Shown piece after piece: positions 19,804-29,580 of a stretch of 64,000 nt of DNA. Origin of the DNA: a virus; IMG/VR virus record IMGVR_UViG_3300008116_000011, positions 64,001 through 128,000 of that record. One strand, given 5' to 3'. Below the pieces are notes generated by a model. It worked only from the letters and a program-made list of their open reading frames with translations. It was not told where the DNA came from and ran no database searches. Numbering within the stretch: the stretch's first letter is position 1; the number at the start of each line of letters is the position of its first letter. The position numbers and the translations under genes are program-made.

Positions 19804-22218
19804 TTAATTTTCACGCCTTTCTTCTGGTTTATAGTAAATAATTCTATTATGCCAAACAGGTGCTGCTAATAATATAGCTGGTTTGATATGACCTCTCATT
19901 GTTTCTTGAAATATATAGGACATCCAGGTTTGTTCAAATGGATTTGCCCATTCTGTTTCTAGGAACATTTTATAATTACCTTTTTTATTTGCAATCATAG
20001 GCCAGTTAGCATAATAAATGTCACCAGTAGCATAAGATACTTCATTATGAACTTCAATTCTATCAAATTTAGTTCTGGGAGCATATGGGTCTAATCCTGA
20101 TACTGGTAATTGGTCATAGTCAGGCCATATATAACTTCTAACAGCTTGAGGAACATTATACCAAGATACTTGAATATTATTATCCATGTATACTTCTGTA
20201 TATGATAATTTAAGGAAATCAAATTCTTCCTTAGCCATTATTTCATGAACTTTGTCATATAGGTTAGGAACATATTTTCTAAATCCATTTCTACAGAAAC
20301 CAGTTTCAGTTGAAGGATATAACCCCATATCATCTTCAAAGAAGAAATAATAATCACTATCTGATTCATTGAAATGTTTTGCAGCAAATAGTCTTCCACC
20401 ATTAATTCCTTTGTTTTCATTCATAATGATGTGTTCAAAACCGTATTTGTCTGCTACTTCTTTATTAGTAATTCTAGCTTGTTCGTCTGTTGAGTTATCA
20501 ATTAGAATTTTTTTATGCGGTCTACTTAACCAATCAGGTGAATTTGCTTGCCATGTAGCTAAAGTATGTTCAATTTGTTGAGGAAAATTAAACGTTAACA
20601 TATATAGAGATGTTTTATCTGTATCTCTATTGTATAATCCTTTAGGCAAAACATGAGAGCGAGTACCATTATTTTCTAATTGTACTTGATCATCTAATAA
20701 TGCTTGTACAAATTTAACTACTAAACCATTATCATCTAAAGCATAACGTCTATAGATGTGAGGTTCTAAATGAGCCATAATACTAAAGATACTCTCTTCA
20801 GTGCCCATATATCCTGAATTTAGTGTATCTTGAAGTAAATTATAGTAGGTACCATTTGCTTGACTTAAAAAGTCTTTATGTCCACCAAATAATCCACCTC
20901 TACAAACATAAGTTACTTTTTCACGAGCATATCTGTTAATTGCTTTAAAGTCAAATCCATGAATTTCATCTGCGGCTTCATAGGGGTAACTTAGGAATAG
21001 GAATGTTTTTAGATACGGAATTATTTTATCTAGGCATCTATGCTCAGTAAAATATTTTTCATATACAGTATTTGTAATACCAGCATCAAGCCATAAGAAA
21101 TAATTAGTATCAAATACATTCATTACTTTAGCATCATGCAACATAAACATTTTTGATTGCACAATTGGGTTATACCACTCAAGTGATGCTTGAGGACTAC
21201 CAGGAAGCCATCCATGAGGACCTGTTTGATTCAACCAGTCAGGATTAGTTCTTATTTCTTGAGTTTTATCCCAAAATGGTTGATAGAAATTATTTTTAAT
21301 ACTTTCTAGTTCAAATGTTCTAACATAAGTGTTTTCAGGTTTACGTTTTTTCCATACTAGATATTCATATTCTTTAGGAATATAAATAAACATTTTAACT
21401 GGTATGTCTAGGAATTTATCAAAATTTTCAATGTAGTGGCTAAAATCTCTACCTGGGCGTCCTATGTTCCATAGCCCTGTTACTAGAGTTAAATCTTCAG
21501 TTAAATGTACTTCGGGAGTATTTTCAGATATTTTTACTTGTTCTCTTAGTTTATCTAGTTCATAAAATGCTAATCCTTTTCTAGTTCCTCCTTCATAATT
21601 GTCTACAATTGATTTTTCTTCAATATAAAGTTCAGGTTTAGGAAAATTAAAAGGTTCTGAATGTAGGCAGACAGGATAAAAAGCAGCTGCTCCTCTTTCC
21701 CAGTTTGCATCTACAGTTACAGTATTATCAGCATTAATATGTTTTTGAGAATAATTTTCATCGTTTAAATCATACCAAGTAGTAGTTAGAAGATATTTAC
21801 ATTTTGATTTTAAAATGTTATTTATTGCTTTACGTCCATCTTCTAAACTAAGATGTCCTAACACATCTCTTACAATCAATAAGTCAGCTTCAGGAATTTC
21901 AATATTGTCTTGAGTTAAATCAATTTCTTGAAATTTAATTATTGAATTAGCATACTTTTGGTTGTCTTGGATTAATTCAGGGACAATATCACATCCTGTG
22001 TAGCTTTCAAAACTATACACTATATCTTTCATCCAGTTAAAGTCACCACAAGGAATATCAACTACGGATTTAATCTCTTTGTCTTTAACTAATTGCTTAA
22101 TTTGTTGTCTAATAACTTCAGTTTCATCCATTGTGCTTCCAGGGCCACTTTTACTTTCAGGCCAACCTCCAAATCTCCAGTTTGTGTAAACATCTTGAAA
22201 AACCTCTTTTAAACTCAT
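19804..22218 (-). CDS. three-domain fusion: SAM methyltransferase + HtrL/YibB-like + GT2-like
   Basis: N-terminal SGPGS, DIPCGDFNW, RDVLGH; middle TLVTGLWNIGR, WLDAG, GGLFGG, GTEES; C-terminal IDNS, FFEDD. Confidence 0.7.
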   Translation of the reverse strand: MSLKEVFQDVYTNWRFGGWPESKSGPGSTMDETEVIRQQIKQLVKDKEIKSVVDIPCGDFNWMKDIVYSFESYTGCDIVPELIQDNQKYANSIIKFQEIDLTQDNIEIPEADLLIVRDVLGHLSLEDGRKAINNILKSKCKYLLTTTWYDLNDENYSQKHINADNTVTVDANWERGAAAFYPVCLHSEPFNFPKPELYIEEKSIVDNYEGGTRKGLAFYELDKLREQVKISENTPEVHLTEDLTLVTGLWNIGRPGRDFSHYIENFDKFLDIPVKMFIYIPKEYEYLVWKKRKPENTYVRTFELESIKNNFYQPFWDKTQEIRTNPDWLNQTGPHGWLPGSPQASLEWYNPIVQSKMFMLHDAKVMNVFDTNYFLWLDAGITNTVYEKYFTEHRCLDKIIPYLKTFLFLSYPYEAADEIHGFDFKAINRYAREKVTYVCRGGLFGGHKDFLSQANGTYYNLLQDTLNSGYMGTEESIFSIMAHLEPHIYRRYALDDNGLVVKFVQALLDDQVQLENNGTRSHVLPKGLYNRDTDKTSLYMLTFNFPQQIEHTLATWQANSPDWLSRPHKKILIDNSTDEQARITNKEVADKYGFEHIIMNENKGINGGRLFAAKHFNESDSDYYFFFEDDMGLYPSTETGFCRNGFRKYVPNLYDKVHEIMAKEEFDFLKLSYTEVYMDNNIQVSWYNVPQAVRSYIWPDYDQLPVSGLDPYAPRTKFDRIEVHNEVSYATGDIYYANWPMIANKKGNYKMFLETEWANPFEQTWMSYIFQETMRGHIKPAILLAAPVWHNRIIYYKPEERREN

Positions 22219-23846
22219 AAATTTATGTTTTTTCTAATATAATATTTTTCTGTTATTAATCCATCCATTTGGGAATTTTCAAATACATATAAAGCATCTT
22301 TTAACGTTGTAAGAATAGGCATTCCATTAACATTAAATGATGTATTTAGTATAACACCAATTCCTGTCTTTTCTTCAAATTTAGTTATAAGATCATATAA
22401 CCATTTATTTTGTTCTCTTGTTACTGTTTGAACACGAGCGGTATTATCAACGTGTGTAATAGCTGCTAATTTTTCTCTCCATTCTTCACGTACAACGGGA
22501 GCATAAGACATCCACCTTGCATCTCGATCCCACTCAAAGTATTTATTTACATCTTCTAAACGCACAACAGGAGCAAATGGTCTATACCATTCTCTATGTT
22601 TAACTTTTTGGTTTAAAATATCTTTCATTTCTGGAAATGATGGGTTGCAGATAATACTTCTGTTTCCTAGTGCTCTAGGTCCGTGCTCAGAATTTCCTCT
22701 TACTATTCCTATAATTTTACCTTCAGCTAGTTCATCAATAACCAAATTCATATCTAGATCATCTTTCCACCATGATTGATTATTAAAATAATAATGAAGC
22801 ATATCTTTGTCTAATACAGGCAAACCAGCATATGTTACATCTATTGGTTCTTCTGGTTTGATAAAAGCAGCTAATAAGCCTACAGCTATACCACAGTCAT
22901 TAGGGTTAGGTCCTACGAATACTTCTTTATTAAATTCATTTACTAATCTAGTATTTAACAGAATGTTCAAACCACATCCTCCAGTTATACAAATTGGAAG
23001 ATCAGGAAATAATTCAAAATATGGTAATGCTATTTCTAAAAAGCATTCTTCAAATGCTCTTTGTGAAGTAGTAGCTATATCCCATGCTACTTGTCCTTCC
23101 AATCTGTTATTAAAATCAAATGTAACTCCTATTTTTTCACCTAACACATCTATTTTGGCTTGATAGTTAGTTCCATTAGGATCACTTTTGTAAAAATCTA
23201 TAAAATCATTTAACCATTCCTCTCTTACATTACCATAAGAAACAAGTCCCATTATCTTACCAGAGTAAACTAAATTTCCTTCACTTAAAGGTTCAAACTT
23301 TATATCATTAAGATAATGTCCAAACAACATATAGGGAAATCCTAAATCATATTCTATCCAATGTTGCCCCATAGTAGGATTTGCTAGTCTTTCTAGCAAT
23401 GCAGGTTCTTTACCTCGCACACAATGATAAATGTTAAATTTACCATCATCTCCTCCTCCATCAAATGAAAATACTATTGCTTCCTTGTACGGTGATTGAT
23501 AAAAAGTACCAGCAGCATGAGCTTGATGGTGATGATAATCATAGTAATTATCAGCTTTTATAGCATGTGGGGTGTGTAATAACTGGTTATCTATTACTAG
23601 ATCAGTATTGATGGCAATGCAATTTTCAAATTTATCAATATTATATTCTTTTTTGATAAGATCAACTGCATCTCTAATTAGTCCTTTAAGGTCATTATAT
23701 CCCTTATGTTTAGGTACTTTATATTGAGCTACACCTGCATTTTTATACCCTATATATCTTTCAATTTCAACAACACATACTATTTTGCCGTCTTTTTCAA
23801 CAGCTAAAGCTGCATTGTGTGATCCATAATATCCTATATTAGCCAT
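22215..23846 (-). CDS. carbamoyltransferase (NodU/CmcH/TobZ family)
   Basis: SHNAA, HHQAHA, DGGGD, GKIMGL, GGCGLN, GPRALGNRS, RPFAP, HVDNTARVQT, NTSFN. Confidence 0.95.
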   Translation of the reverse strand: MANIGYYGSHNAALAVEKDGKIVCVVEIERYIGYKNAGVAQYKVPKHKGYNDLKGLIRDAVDLIKKEYNIDKFENCIAINTDLVIDNQLLHTPHAIKADNYYDYHHHQAHAAGTFYQSPYKEAIVFSFDGGGDDGKFNIYHCVRGKEPALLERLANPTMGQHWIEYDLGFPYMLFGHYLNDIKFEPLSEGNLVYSGKIMGLVSYGNVREEWLNDFIDFYKSDPNGTNYQAKIDVLGEKIGVTFDFNNRLEGQVAWDIATTSQRAFEECFLEIALPYFELFPDLPICITGGCGLNILLNTRLVNEFNKEVFVGPNPNDCGIAVGLLAAFIKPEEPIDVTYAGLPVLDKDMLHYYFNNQSWWKDDLDMNLVIDELAEGKIIGIVRGNSEHGPRALGNRSIICNPSFPEMKDILNQKVKHREWYRPFAPVVRLEDVNKYFEWDRDARWMSYAPVVREEWREKLAAITHVDNTARVQTVTREQNKWLYDLITKFEEKTGIGVILNTSFNVNGMPILTTLKDALYVFENSQMDGLITEKYYIRKNINL

Positions 23847-23855
23847 TATATTTAA

Positions 23856-24911
23856 TTAATAGGGTTCAGTATGAGGCCAAGCATTATGTTGATCCATCAT
23901 ATCTTTTATTTCTTTATTTTTCTCCATAAAATCCTCTAAACTAGTCCCTACAGCAAAATTTCCACCAAATCCAGGAATAGAAGGAGGCATAAAATATCTA
24001 TCTTCGAAATGTATTTGTCTGTTATATACAGTGTTAGGGAAATTTAATACTTCTATTTTATGAAAAATATTAGTAGTTGCTACTGGCATATAGTCACATA
24101 ACATATAGCCACCGCATTGTTGGCATGCTTTTAAGAAATGTTCTCCATAAAATATGTTAATACATTCATTCCATATATCAAAGTAATCTTTAACCTTTTC
24201 CGGACTTTCAAAATGATAGTATCTGAATGGTCCCTCAGTTATAGGAAGTTGAGTTATAAATGGATCACCAAATATATTTTTTTGTTTAAATAATTTATTA
24301 AGAACTATTGAGCATGCTTGTAAACCTACTAAAGAACCTGTTGATCCCATAGCCATAGACCATCTTAATCTGTATGAACCTGTTGGAGAATCAAAAGAAA
24401 GAGGATCAATTCCTAAAGTTTCTTTAACACATCCCTTCATTGAATTAATAGGAGTATTAAATTCCTCCCAAAATTCTTCTTCAGTCATAGTTCCATCTAC
24501 TATTTTATCGTATCTGATTTTTACATCACCATCCATAAACACAATTTTCTTATATCCTAATTGTGATATAGTTGGAAATGAAAATCTATGAGCCGAATAA
24601 GAGAAAAAATGACCTCTGCTCATAGCTTCTTTATATTCATTCCCATAAGCATCAGGGTCAATAGCATTTGATGGAATAAATTCTAAATCTTCAGACCATG
24701 GATATGGTTTTCTAGCTTCATGAACATTTATAATGGCTTTAACTTTCCCAGTCTGTTCAGCAAATTCTAAAAAATCTTCAGGATAATCCGTTAAAATAAC
24801 ATAATCCATCATGTTATCATAACCCATAGACATTGCATCTAAAATATTAAGTTTAACGCGTCTACGGTAAGAAGGACCAAATCCCCAAAGTGAAATAATC
24901 GGTTTTTCCAT
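23856..24911 (-). CDS. putative GT-A glycosyltransferase
   Basis: ILTD, VFMDGD (DxD); cluster context. Confidence 0.45.
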   Translation of the reverse strand: MEKPIISLWGFGPSYRRRVKLNILDAMSMGYDNMMDYVILTDYPEDFLEFAEQTGKVKAIINVHEARKPYPWSEDLEFIPSNAIDPDAYGNEYKEAMSRGHFFSYSAHRFSFPTISQLGYKKIVFMDGDVKIRYDKIVDGTMTEEEFWEEFNTPINSMKGCVKETLGIDPLSFDSPTGSYRLRWSMAMGSTGSLVGLQACSIVLNKLFKQKNIFGDPFITQLPITEGPFRYYHFESPEKVKDYFDIWNECINIFYGEHFLKACQQCGGYMLCDYMPVATTNIFHKIEVLNFPNTVYNRQIHFEDRYFMPPSIPGFGGNFAVGTSLEDFMEKNKEIKDMMDQHNAWPHTEPY

Positions 24912-24914
24912 AAC

Positions 24915-25859
24915 TTATTTTAAAAGTTCTAAATCAAAAACATCAAAAAACGACTCTACAATTTTATCCAATAATAAATATTGTTGATAATATTCTACGT
25001 TATTTCTAGATATAGAAGTTAATAATTCTTCGTTATTAATAGCATCTTCAACTGCTTTTATATAATTAGCAGCTGACTGTTCAAAAGGTATTCCTGGAAA
25101 TACTAGACTGGCATTTATAGAGGCTTCATTTCCTTTTATGTAATTTGTCCCAGGAATTAGTTCTTTATAAAAAGGAGTTTTTAATTCTGCTCTTACAAGA
25201 GGAATTCCTAACCCCATTGCTTCTACATCTCTTAAACACCATTCTCCATTACCATTAAGTGAAAGAGCAAGAGCATATTGACTTAATACTTCATAATATT
25301 TTTCTCCTCGAATGTTGTGTTCATGTCCAAATACATCAAATAAAGGGTGTTGTTCTAGTATATCTGTTATTTGTTTTCTTGAATCATATATCCATCCTAT
25401 AAAACATGCCTTTTTAATTTTTTCATTGTAATTATAAGGTATTCTATATTTTTCTATAAGATCATAGGAACGTAAAAATTCTAAAGCATATAAGAACGGA
25501 CTAAACTTAATTCCTGTTCTTTGTAATATTGCTTCAGGGGATTCATAAATACCTAACCCACCTATAAGGTGAACAATATTAAGTGAATCCCATTCAAGAT
25601 GGCCTGTTGTTATATCCATTGCTCTATCCCAAAAACTAAGAACAGTTGCCTTTTTATTATCCGGGTTAATAATTTTTAAACTAGCTATTCCACATCTACC
25701 CCCTGGTGATTGGCAACCAGGGTAAACATCATACACACTTATTTTAGATTTTGTTACTTCAGGATAATGTTTGTCAATATTATTATACACACTATTAAAT
25801 ACATATCCAAATCCTTGATTTCCACCTCCATCAAAAGAGTACTCAAATATTAAATTCAT
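24915..25859 (-). CDS. putative GT-B (exostosin/GT90-like) glycosyltransferase
   Basis: F.G...R, LSLNGNG..C.RDVEAMGLG.P. Confidence 0.55.
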   Translation of the reverse strand: MNLIFEYSFDGGGNQGFGYVFNSVYNNIDKHYPEVTKSKISVYDVYPGCQSPGGRCGIASLKIINPDNKKATVLSFWDRAMDITTGHLEWDSLNIVHLIGGLGIYESPEAILQRTGIKFSPFLYALEFLRSYDLIEKYRIPYNYNEKIKKACFIGWIYDSRKQITDILEQHPLFDVFGHEHNIRGEKYYEVLSQYALALSLNGNGEWCLRDVEAMGLGIPLVRAELKTPFYKELIPGTNYIKGNEASINASLVFPGIPFEQSAANYIKAVEDAINNEELLTSISRNNVEYYQQYLLLDKIVESFFDVFDLELLK

Positions 25860-27154
25860 CTAATTATTTTATAATTATAATCAATGTTACCTTCAATTCG
25901 CTCAGCCCAATCTTTAGATCTGCTGTGTGCCCAAATTACCCAACGTGATGGTACTTTGTCTGTAAGGAAGAATTTTTCTTCCCTATACCAATCTCCAGGT
26001 GATGATAGTATATTTCTTATTTGGTATTCATTATAATCTTCTCTCCACATTTCTTTTCCATCTTCATCATCAAAGGCACAAACCCAAAAATCATAATCAT
26101 TTTCTTTAAAATTAGATTTATTAAATTCAACTAAATGGTAGAAAGAAAACATAAATGAATCTTCCCATTCTTGTTCATTTTCAATTATAGGATTTGGAGG
26201 ATAATTATTTTCATAAGTATAACGCTGTACTGAGCGTTTTTTAAAATGAATACCAGCATATTTTTCATAGTCACGGAGTGTACGTTCAGTTCCTAAATCA
26301 TATCCTGTAAGATCAAATCCATTGTCTTCAGTACGTAATAATTGTCTAATTTTAGAGCGAGCAATATTTTGTTGTGTCCACCAATCTTCACCACGTTTGT
26401 GTTGGTCATCCCAAACTAAAATACCATCACGTTCAGTTCTCATAGTAGCATGCCAAATTACAAGTTTATGAGGATGAAACATATCATATCCATGAGTATA
26501 AGAACGTACTGTTAAATTAAGTTCTTCACCACTAAAGTAAATATCTTGGTCATGTAGTATTGTTTTAGCCCAATGCCCATCAGCAAAGCAGAAATGACCT
26601 GATAAAAATCTTGATGGTGGTGGTTCAGTCATATCTTGCCATCCATGTAACAGTGAAGGACGAATAAAGATAGTACCATGTGGATAAAAACAAGCAAATG
26701 TTTGTTGCCAAGGTTCCATTGTCCTGTCAGCAGGATCATTAAACGGATTATAATAGGGTAGATAAGCGGCTAATATTGGTTTTTTAATACCTTTATCTTT
26801 AAGTTGATCATGCATCTCAATTAATGTAACATCCCAACCCTCAGCAAATCTATGATGTGAATCAAGTTGACAAATATACTCTTCATCTCTTAACATTGTG
26901 TTAATTTGATAACGAGCATAAGGTAAACCTTTAGCTTCAGTGTGCGGAATATCCATTATTCTAAAACGAGGATCATCTCTAAATTCATCTACGTTATCAA
27001 ATCCATCTTCAGGATTAAATTGCCTACAAATACCAAATACTAATCTATCAGGATAAGTAGCATTTTCTAATGCCGATTTAATTGTAGGGACTAATTCTGG
27101 TTCTCTATAGGCAGGTAGATGGATAAAGATTTTTCTTAAATGTGCTTTTTTCAT
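25856..27154 (-). CDS. Skp1-hydroxyproline GlcNAc-transferase-like (GT60) protein, paralog 2
   Basis: IF..LPAYREPEL, QLDSHHRF, SGHF.F, F.GEE, YTHGYD.FHP. Confidence 0.8.
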   Translation of the reverse strand: MKKAHLRKIFIHLPAYREPELVPTIKSALENATYPDRLVFGICRQFNPEDGFDNVDEFRDDPRFRIMDIPHTEAKGLPYARYQINTMLRDEEYICQLDSHHRFAEGWDVTLIEMHDQLKDKGIKKPILAAYLPYYNPFNDPADRTMEPWQQTFACFYPHGTIFIRPSLLHGWQDMTEPPPSRFLSGHFCFADGHWAKTILHDQDIYFSGEELNLTVRSYTHGYDMFHPHKLVIWHATMRTERDGILVWDDQHKRGEDWWTQQNIARSKIRQLLRTEDNGFDLTGYDLGTERTLRDYEKYAGIHFKKRSVQRYTYENNYPPNPIIENEQEWEDSFMFSFYHLVEFNKSNFKENDYDFWVCAFDDEDGKEMWREDYNEYQIRNILSSPGDWYREEKFFLTDKVPSRWVIWAHSRSKDWAERIEGNIDYNYKIIR

Positions 27155-28434
27155 TATCTAGGTATTTCTTGTTCAATAATTTTGTGATTCCATTCTTTTG
27201 ATTTACTATGTGGCCATAATAACCAACTTACAGGTGCTTCTTCACATTCAAACTCTCTCCAAATATGGTAAAATTGATCTGTTGAATCAGACATTTTAAA
27301 ATTTCTAATTTCATTTTCATTAACATCTGCTCTAATCATTTCATTACCATTTTTATCTTTAAAAGCAACTACCCAACAATCATAATCATCATCAGTTAAC
27401 GCTCCTTTCCATACATCTATACAATATTTAAATTTCTTTACAAAATTTTTATTCCATTGTTCTTCACTTTCAAATGGTACTGGGAGTAATTTTTGGTCTA
27501 AAGTATGTCTTTGTATTCGTTTTCCTTTAAAATCAACTCCAATATAACGCTCAAATTCAGCTAATGAACGTTCTTTACCTAAATCAAACCCAACAAAATC
27601 AAGTCCTTCTCTACTTTCATCATCTATTCCAAATAATGCTCTATATTTTCTAAATGAAAATTTATCTAAAGGAGAAAATTGATGATCATCCCAATGACGT
27701 GTTTTTCCATTTCTAGTATATTCATGCCATATTACTGGAAAATGGGGATGGAATAGGTCATATCCATGAGTGTATGCTCTAGCAGATATTGATGTTTCTT
27801 CTCCATGAAAATAAAGATCAGGATCATGTGGAACATCATGTACAAATGATCCTAAAGTAAATCCAAAATGTCCTGAATAAAATCTTGCAGGGATAGGTTC
27901 GGTATATTTTTGCCAGTTATCAACATGAGAAGGAACAATAAATATAGGACCTTCAGGCATAAATCTATCATAATTAGTATGCCATACCTCTATATTACGC
28001 CCAGCAGGGTCATTATTTGGAAAGTATCCAGGTAAATATGCAGTTAATAGTGGTTTTTTATAGCCTTTCTTTTGAAGATTTTTTAGCATGTTAATTAAAC
28101 TTTCATCCCAATCTTTAGTAAATCGATGATGAGAGTCTAATTGTAATGTGTATGTTTCTCCATTATAATATCTTTGTAATCTATTTCTAGCCCAACAAAC
28201 ACCTTTAGCATCTTTGTAATGAATATCTATAATTTTAAAACGAGGATCACCCAAATATTCATCTAAATGATCCCATTTATCTTCCTCAGCATGTTGCCAG
28301 GCAATGCATATCCTTAAATTTTCAGGCCACTTTGCATTATCAAGCATGTCCTTAATTGTAGGACGTAATTCAGGATCGCGATAAGAAGCAATTTGTACGA
28401 ATATTGTTTCTTCTAGTTGTTTCTTTTTTGGCAT
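27154..28434 (-). CDS. Skp1-hydroxyproline GlcNAc-transferase-like (GT60) protein, paralog 1
   Basis: IFVQIASYRDPEL, GVCWAR, QLDSHHRF, DP.LYFHGEE, YTHGYD. Confidence 0.85.
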   Translation of the reverse strand: MPKKKQLEETIFVQIASYRDPELRPTIKDMLDNAKWPENLRICIAWQHAEEDKWDHLDEYLGDPRFKIIDIHYKDAKGVCWARNRLQRYYNGETYTLQLDSHHRFTKDWDESLINMLKNLQKKGYKKPLLTAYLPGYFPNNDPAGRNIEVWHTNYDRFMPEGPIFIVPSHVDNWQKYTEPIPARFYSGHFGFTLGSFVHDVPHDPDLYFHGEETSISARAYTHGYDLFHPHFPVIWHEYTRNGKTRHWDDHQFSPLDKFSFRKYRALFGIDDESREGLDFVGFDLGKERSLAEFERYIGVDFKGKRIQRHTLDQKLLPVPFESEEQWNKNFVKKFKYCIDVWKGALTDDDYDCWVVAFKDKNGNEMIRADVNENEIRNFKMSDSTDQFYHIWREFECEEAPVSWLLWPHSKSKEWNHKIIEQEIPR

Positions 28435-28472
28435 AACAGATTATATAACAATTTATTTGCTATACATATATA

Positions 28473-29012
28473 TTAGAGTGAATTTCTTTGCTTATCATTT
28501 TGCCACTGTCCATTATACATTACATCAGTATTGTTTGATGGGTGGAAATAAATTTGTGCTACACGAGCATCTTTTTCAATGAATATTGTTTCATGAACAT
28601 AAAGCAAAGTACCCATATTATCTGTTTCAAATCCAGGATCAAATACAGGGCTATTGATTATAGCTCCATTTCTGTACAGAGATGAACGTTGCTTAATGAA
28701 TGCAGTACGATTTGATGGAATTTTACATCCCTCCCAAAACGTAATATCATATACACCTTTATAAAGTAACCATCCTTCAGCACCATCTAAATTGATAGTA
28801 TCAACAGGAGTATAAGTAGTTAATTCAGTTTTGTCCTTAAGTACTTTACCTATTTTACCATCTTTAGTTACGTTGTAAGGGTTATTTGCTATGCTAGTAC
28901 CTACTTTCTGTACGGCTTTAAGTGATAAATCATAACCAACTTGTGCTGGTTTTCCTTTAGTGTGCTCTAATTTGAGCAATCCTTCGTCTATAATTTGTTG
29001 TGAATTTAACAT
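28473..29012 (-). CDS. trimeric dUTPase / dCTP deaminase
   Basis: GYDL, RSSL.R.G, FDPGF, RVAQ, YNGQWQ. Confidence 0.8.
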   Translation of the reverse strand: MLNSQQIIDEGLLKLEHTKGKPAQVGYDLSLKAVQKVGTSIANNPYNVTKDGKIGKVLKDKTELTTYTPVDTINLDGAEGWLLYKGVYDITFWEGCKIPSNRTAFIKQRSSLYRNGAIINSPVFDPGFETDNMGTLLYVHETIFIEKDARVAQIYFHPSNNTDVMYNGQWQNDKQRNSL

Positions 29013-29024
29013 AATATAAAGTTA

Positions 29025-29186
29025 TTAAAGTTCTTCTAATATTCCAAGTATTTCTGCTAGTACAAATCCTAATCCTGCGAATTCAAAATCTTGATACATA
29101 ATACCAACACCAGCTATAATTCTAATAACTGATTTGGCTATACTAAACCAGAAATGACTTTTTGATTTACTTTCCTTTGGTTGCAT
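29025..29186 (-). CDS. 53-aa small membrane protein
   Basis: Not in the track. MQPKESKSKSHFWFSIAKSVIRIIAGVGIMYQDFEFAGLGFVLAEILGILEEL fills the gap between PRTase and dUTPase. Confidence 0.65.
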   Translation of the reverse strand: MQPKESKSKSHFWFSIAKSVIRIIAGVGIMYQDFEFAGLGFVLAEILGILEEL

Positions 29187-29580
29187 AGTCTGCTATTGTT
29201 TGTGAATCTTTTTGTTCCCATGGATAAACTATCCATTCATTTTCAGAAGCTAACTTCCACCAAAAATGAGGTTCATATTCTGATGCTGTTTTATAATGAA
29301 GAGTAGCTGTGTAGACATTATCTTCAAATTTAAAACGTTTTAATGTTTTACCTGAGTCGCAAATGTCATCTACAATTAGGATGTTGCTTGTTATTCCTTT
29401 AATGTTAGCTTGAGACACAAAAGGGATATTTAACTTATGAGACAATATAACTGCTGGAATTAATCCTCCACGAGGTAAACCTCCAATAGCTGCTATCTCA
29501 TATTTGCTGTTGGTGATGTTAATGGCTAGTCTTTCAACAGCATCATCAATATCACTCCATGATATAAAACGTTTATCCAT
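29167..29580 (-). CDS. purine phosphoribosyltransferase (Gpt-like)
   Basis: RGGLIP, LIVDDICDSGKT PRPP loop, WIVYPWE. Confidence 0.9.
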   Translation of the reverse strand: MDKRFISWSDIDDAVERLAINITNSKYEIAAIGGLPRGGLIPAVILSHKLNIPFVSQANIKGITSNILIVDDICDSGKTLKRFKFEDNVYTATLHYKTASEYEPHFWWKLASENEWIVYPWEQKDSQTIADYATKGK

